DNA of 64,000 nt from an uncultured Candidatus Saccharibacteria bacterium. Lineage in GTDB: Bacteria; Patescibacteriota; Saccharimonadia; Saccharimonadales; JAGQNK01. Numbering within the stretch: the stretch's first letter is position 1; every line of letters begins with the position of its first letter. Positions 63,138 to 64,000 of this stretch are shown here, piece after piece. A program made the translations under genes and the position numbers. The stretch spans positions 1,212 through 65,211 of the forward strand of contig CAZWRS010000003.1 in the NCBI GenBank assembly GCA_964636435.1. Direction: 5' to 3'. The notes beneath the pieces were generated by a model. That model ran no database searches. It was not told where the DNA came from and saw nothing but the letters and a program-made list of their open reading frames with translations.

Positions 63138-64000
63138 TGGATAATTTCCTCCGTTTCTTTAGCGAGTGACAAAAGCTCTCGATCCTTTTTCTGGGGTGCC
63201 ATCAACTGCAATCCCACCGGTAAATTCTCCACTTTGCCAGCCGGAATTGATACGGCCGGGATACCGACCAGGCTAGCCGCGACTGTCATAATGTCCGTTA
63301 AGTACATTTGCAGCGGGTCATTAACATTAGCACCAATATTAAAAGCAGGTGTCGGTGCTGTCGGCCCGATCAGAAAATCTACCTGCTCGAACACTTCGTT
63401 AAATTCATCAATGAGCTTGGTTCTGAGCTGCTGTGCCTTGCGGTAATACGCGTCGTAGTAGCCACTACTCAGCACGTACGTTCCAATCATAATGCGGCGC
63501 TTTGCTTCGGCACCAAAACCTTCGCTGCGACTCCAACTATAGCTATCATCCAATGTTTGTGCATCCGGATATGAGAAACCGTATCGCTGACCGTCATAAC
63601 GGCTTAAATTACTGCTAACTTCGGCTGGCATGATGATGTAGTAGCTTGGTAATGCCAGCGGCAAAGACGGCAAGCTAACTTCTGTCACACCTGCACCATC
63701 TTCCTTTAATTTTTGTATCGATGCCTGAATCTGCTGCTTGATCCGAGGATCTATACCATCGCCCATATATTCCCTTACCACACCGATCTTCGTCCCTTTT
63801 ATTAGGCCGTTCGCATTGGGAACATATGACTCAGTACCACGTTCAATCGTTGTAGCATCAAGCTCGTCTTTGCCAGCCAAAACATCGAGCACTAATGCCG
63901 CATCATCAACTGTACGAGCCAGCGGACCAATCACGTCAGTACTGCTTGCCATCGCTACCACGCCGCTTCGAGATACCAGCCCATACGTCGGCTTATAGCC
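63128..64000 (-). CDS. gatA: Glu-tRNA(Gln) amidotransferase subunit A, partial (5' end beyond window)
   Basis: The frame stays open to the window edge. Translation reads ..GYKPTYGLVSRSGVVAMASSTDVIGPLART.., the amidase-signature region of GatA. Confidence 0.93.
   Translation of the reverse strand, partial: GYKPTYGLVSRSGVVAMASSTDVIGPLARTVDDAALVLDVLAGKDELDATTIERGTESYVPNANGLIKGTKIGVVREYMGDGIDPRIKQQIQASIQKLKEDGAGVTEVSLPSLPLALPSYYIIMPAEVSSNLSRYDGQRYGFSYPDAQTLDDSYSWSRSEGFGAEAKRRIMIGTYVLSSGYYDAYYRKAQQLRTKLIDEFNEVFEQVDFLIGPTAPTPAFNIGANVNDPLQMYLTDIMTVAASLVGIPAVSIPAGKVENLPVGLQLMAPQKKDRELLSLAKETEEIIQWA

Noticed and set aside
1-64000. I searched for CRISPR arrays, rRNA genes, transposases, integrases, prophage genes and long tandem repeats.
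   Set aside because: None were seen. The only repeated non-coding element I could find is the pair of CIRCE-like inverted repeats. Low-complexity stretches (the Asp run in rpoB, Pro/Gln and Ala/Pro runs at 27600-27700 and 55260-55450) are coding.

Overview
This is a gene-dense window of about 90% coding sequence, mostly transcribed on the minus strand, from a small bacterial genome. My inference from gene content alone is a Patescibacteria/CPR, Saccharibacteria-like organism: r-proteins carry charged tails, conserved operons are interrupted by small lineage-specific ORFs, and pilB, M1 aminopeptidase and CAP-domain genes are present. I could not run any search to confirm this.

Recognisable genes, in coordinate order:
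- S10/spc ribosomal cluster: rplN (partial), rpsQ, rpmC, rplP, rpsC, rplV, rpsS, rplB, rplW, rplD, rplC, then a separated rpsJ.
- tuf, a GDE-type glucosidase and a GT4 glycosyltransferase.
- fusA, rpsG, rpsL, rpoC, rpoB, clpP, tig and hisS.
- tRNA-Leu(UAG), an OMP-decarboxylase-family gene, rsmD and recG.
- folP, a SAM methyltransferase, tyrS and a class A PBP.
- A PIN/TRAM (YacL-like) gene, radA, clpC, nusA, pepN, rnhB and rplS.
- A malic enzyme, pilB, a SpoU methyltransferase and a CAP-domain protein.
- dnaE, galU, gatB and gatA (partial).

I saw no rRNA, CRISPR array, transposase or integrase.

Most notable observations:
1. A translationally coupled plus-strand gene pair at 31848-33748. It carries 2OG/Fe(II)-dioxygenase (HxD...H...RxS) and GS-fold amidoligase (ExE, HxH, ExR) motif patterns and sits between recG and folP. 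I do not recognise this pairing as a described system.
2. Two nearly identical CIRCE-type (HrcA operator) inverted repeats with embedded promoters, in front of clpP and clpC rather than chaperone genes.
3. At least seven conserved operon junctions carry inserted lineage-specific ORFs: rpsJ|rplC, rpsG|fusA, fusA|tuf, tig|clpP, recG|rsmD, clpC|radA and gatA|gatB.
4. TyrRS has a degenerate HIGH motif (TVGN).
5. RpoB has an 89-aa polyacidic tail.
6. Several genes have a -10-like hexamer 6-9 nt before the ATG and no Shine-Dalgarno, suggesting leaderless mRNAs.

All functional calls rest on motifs and family resemblance read by eye. No database searches or folding calculations were possible.
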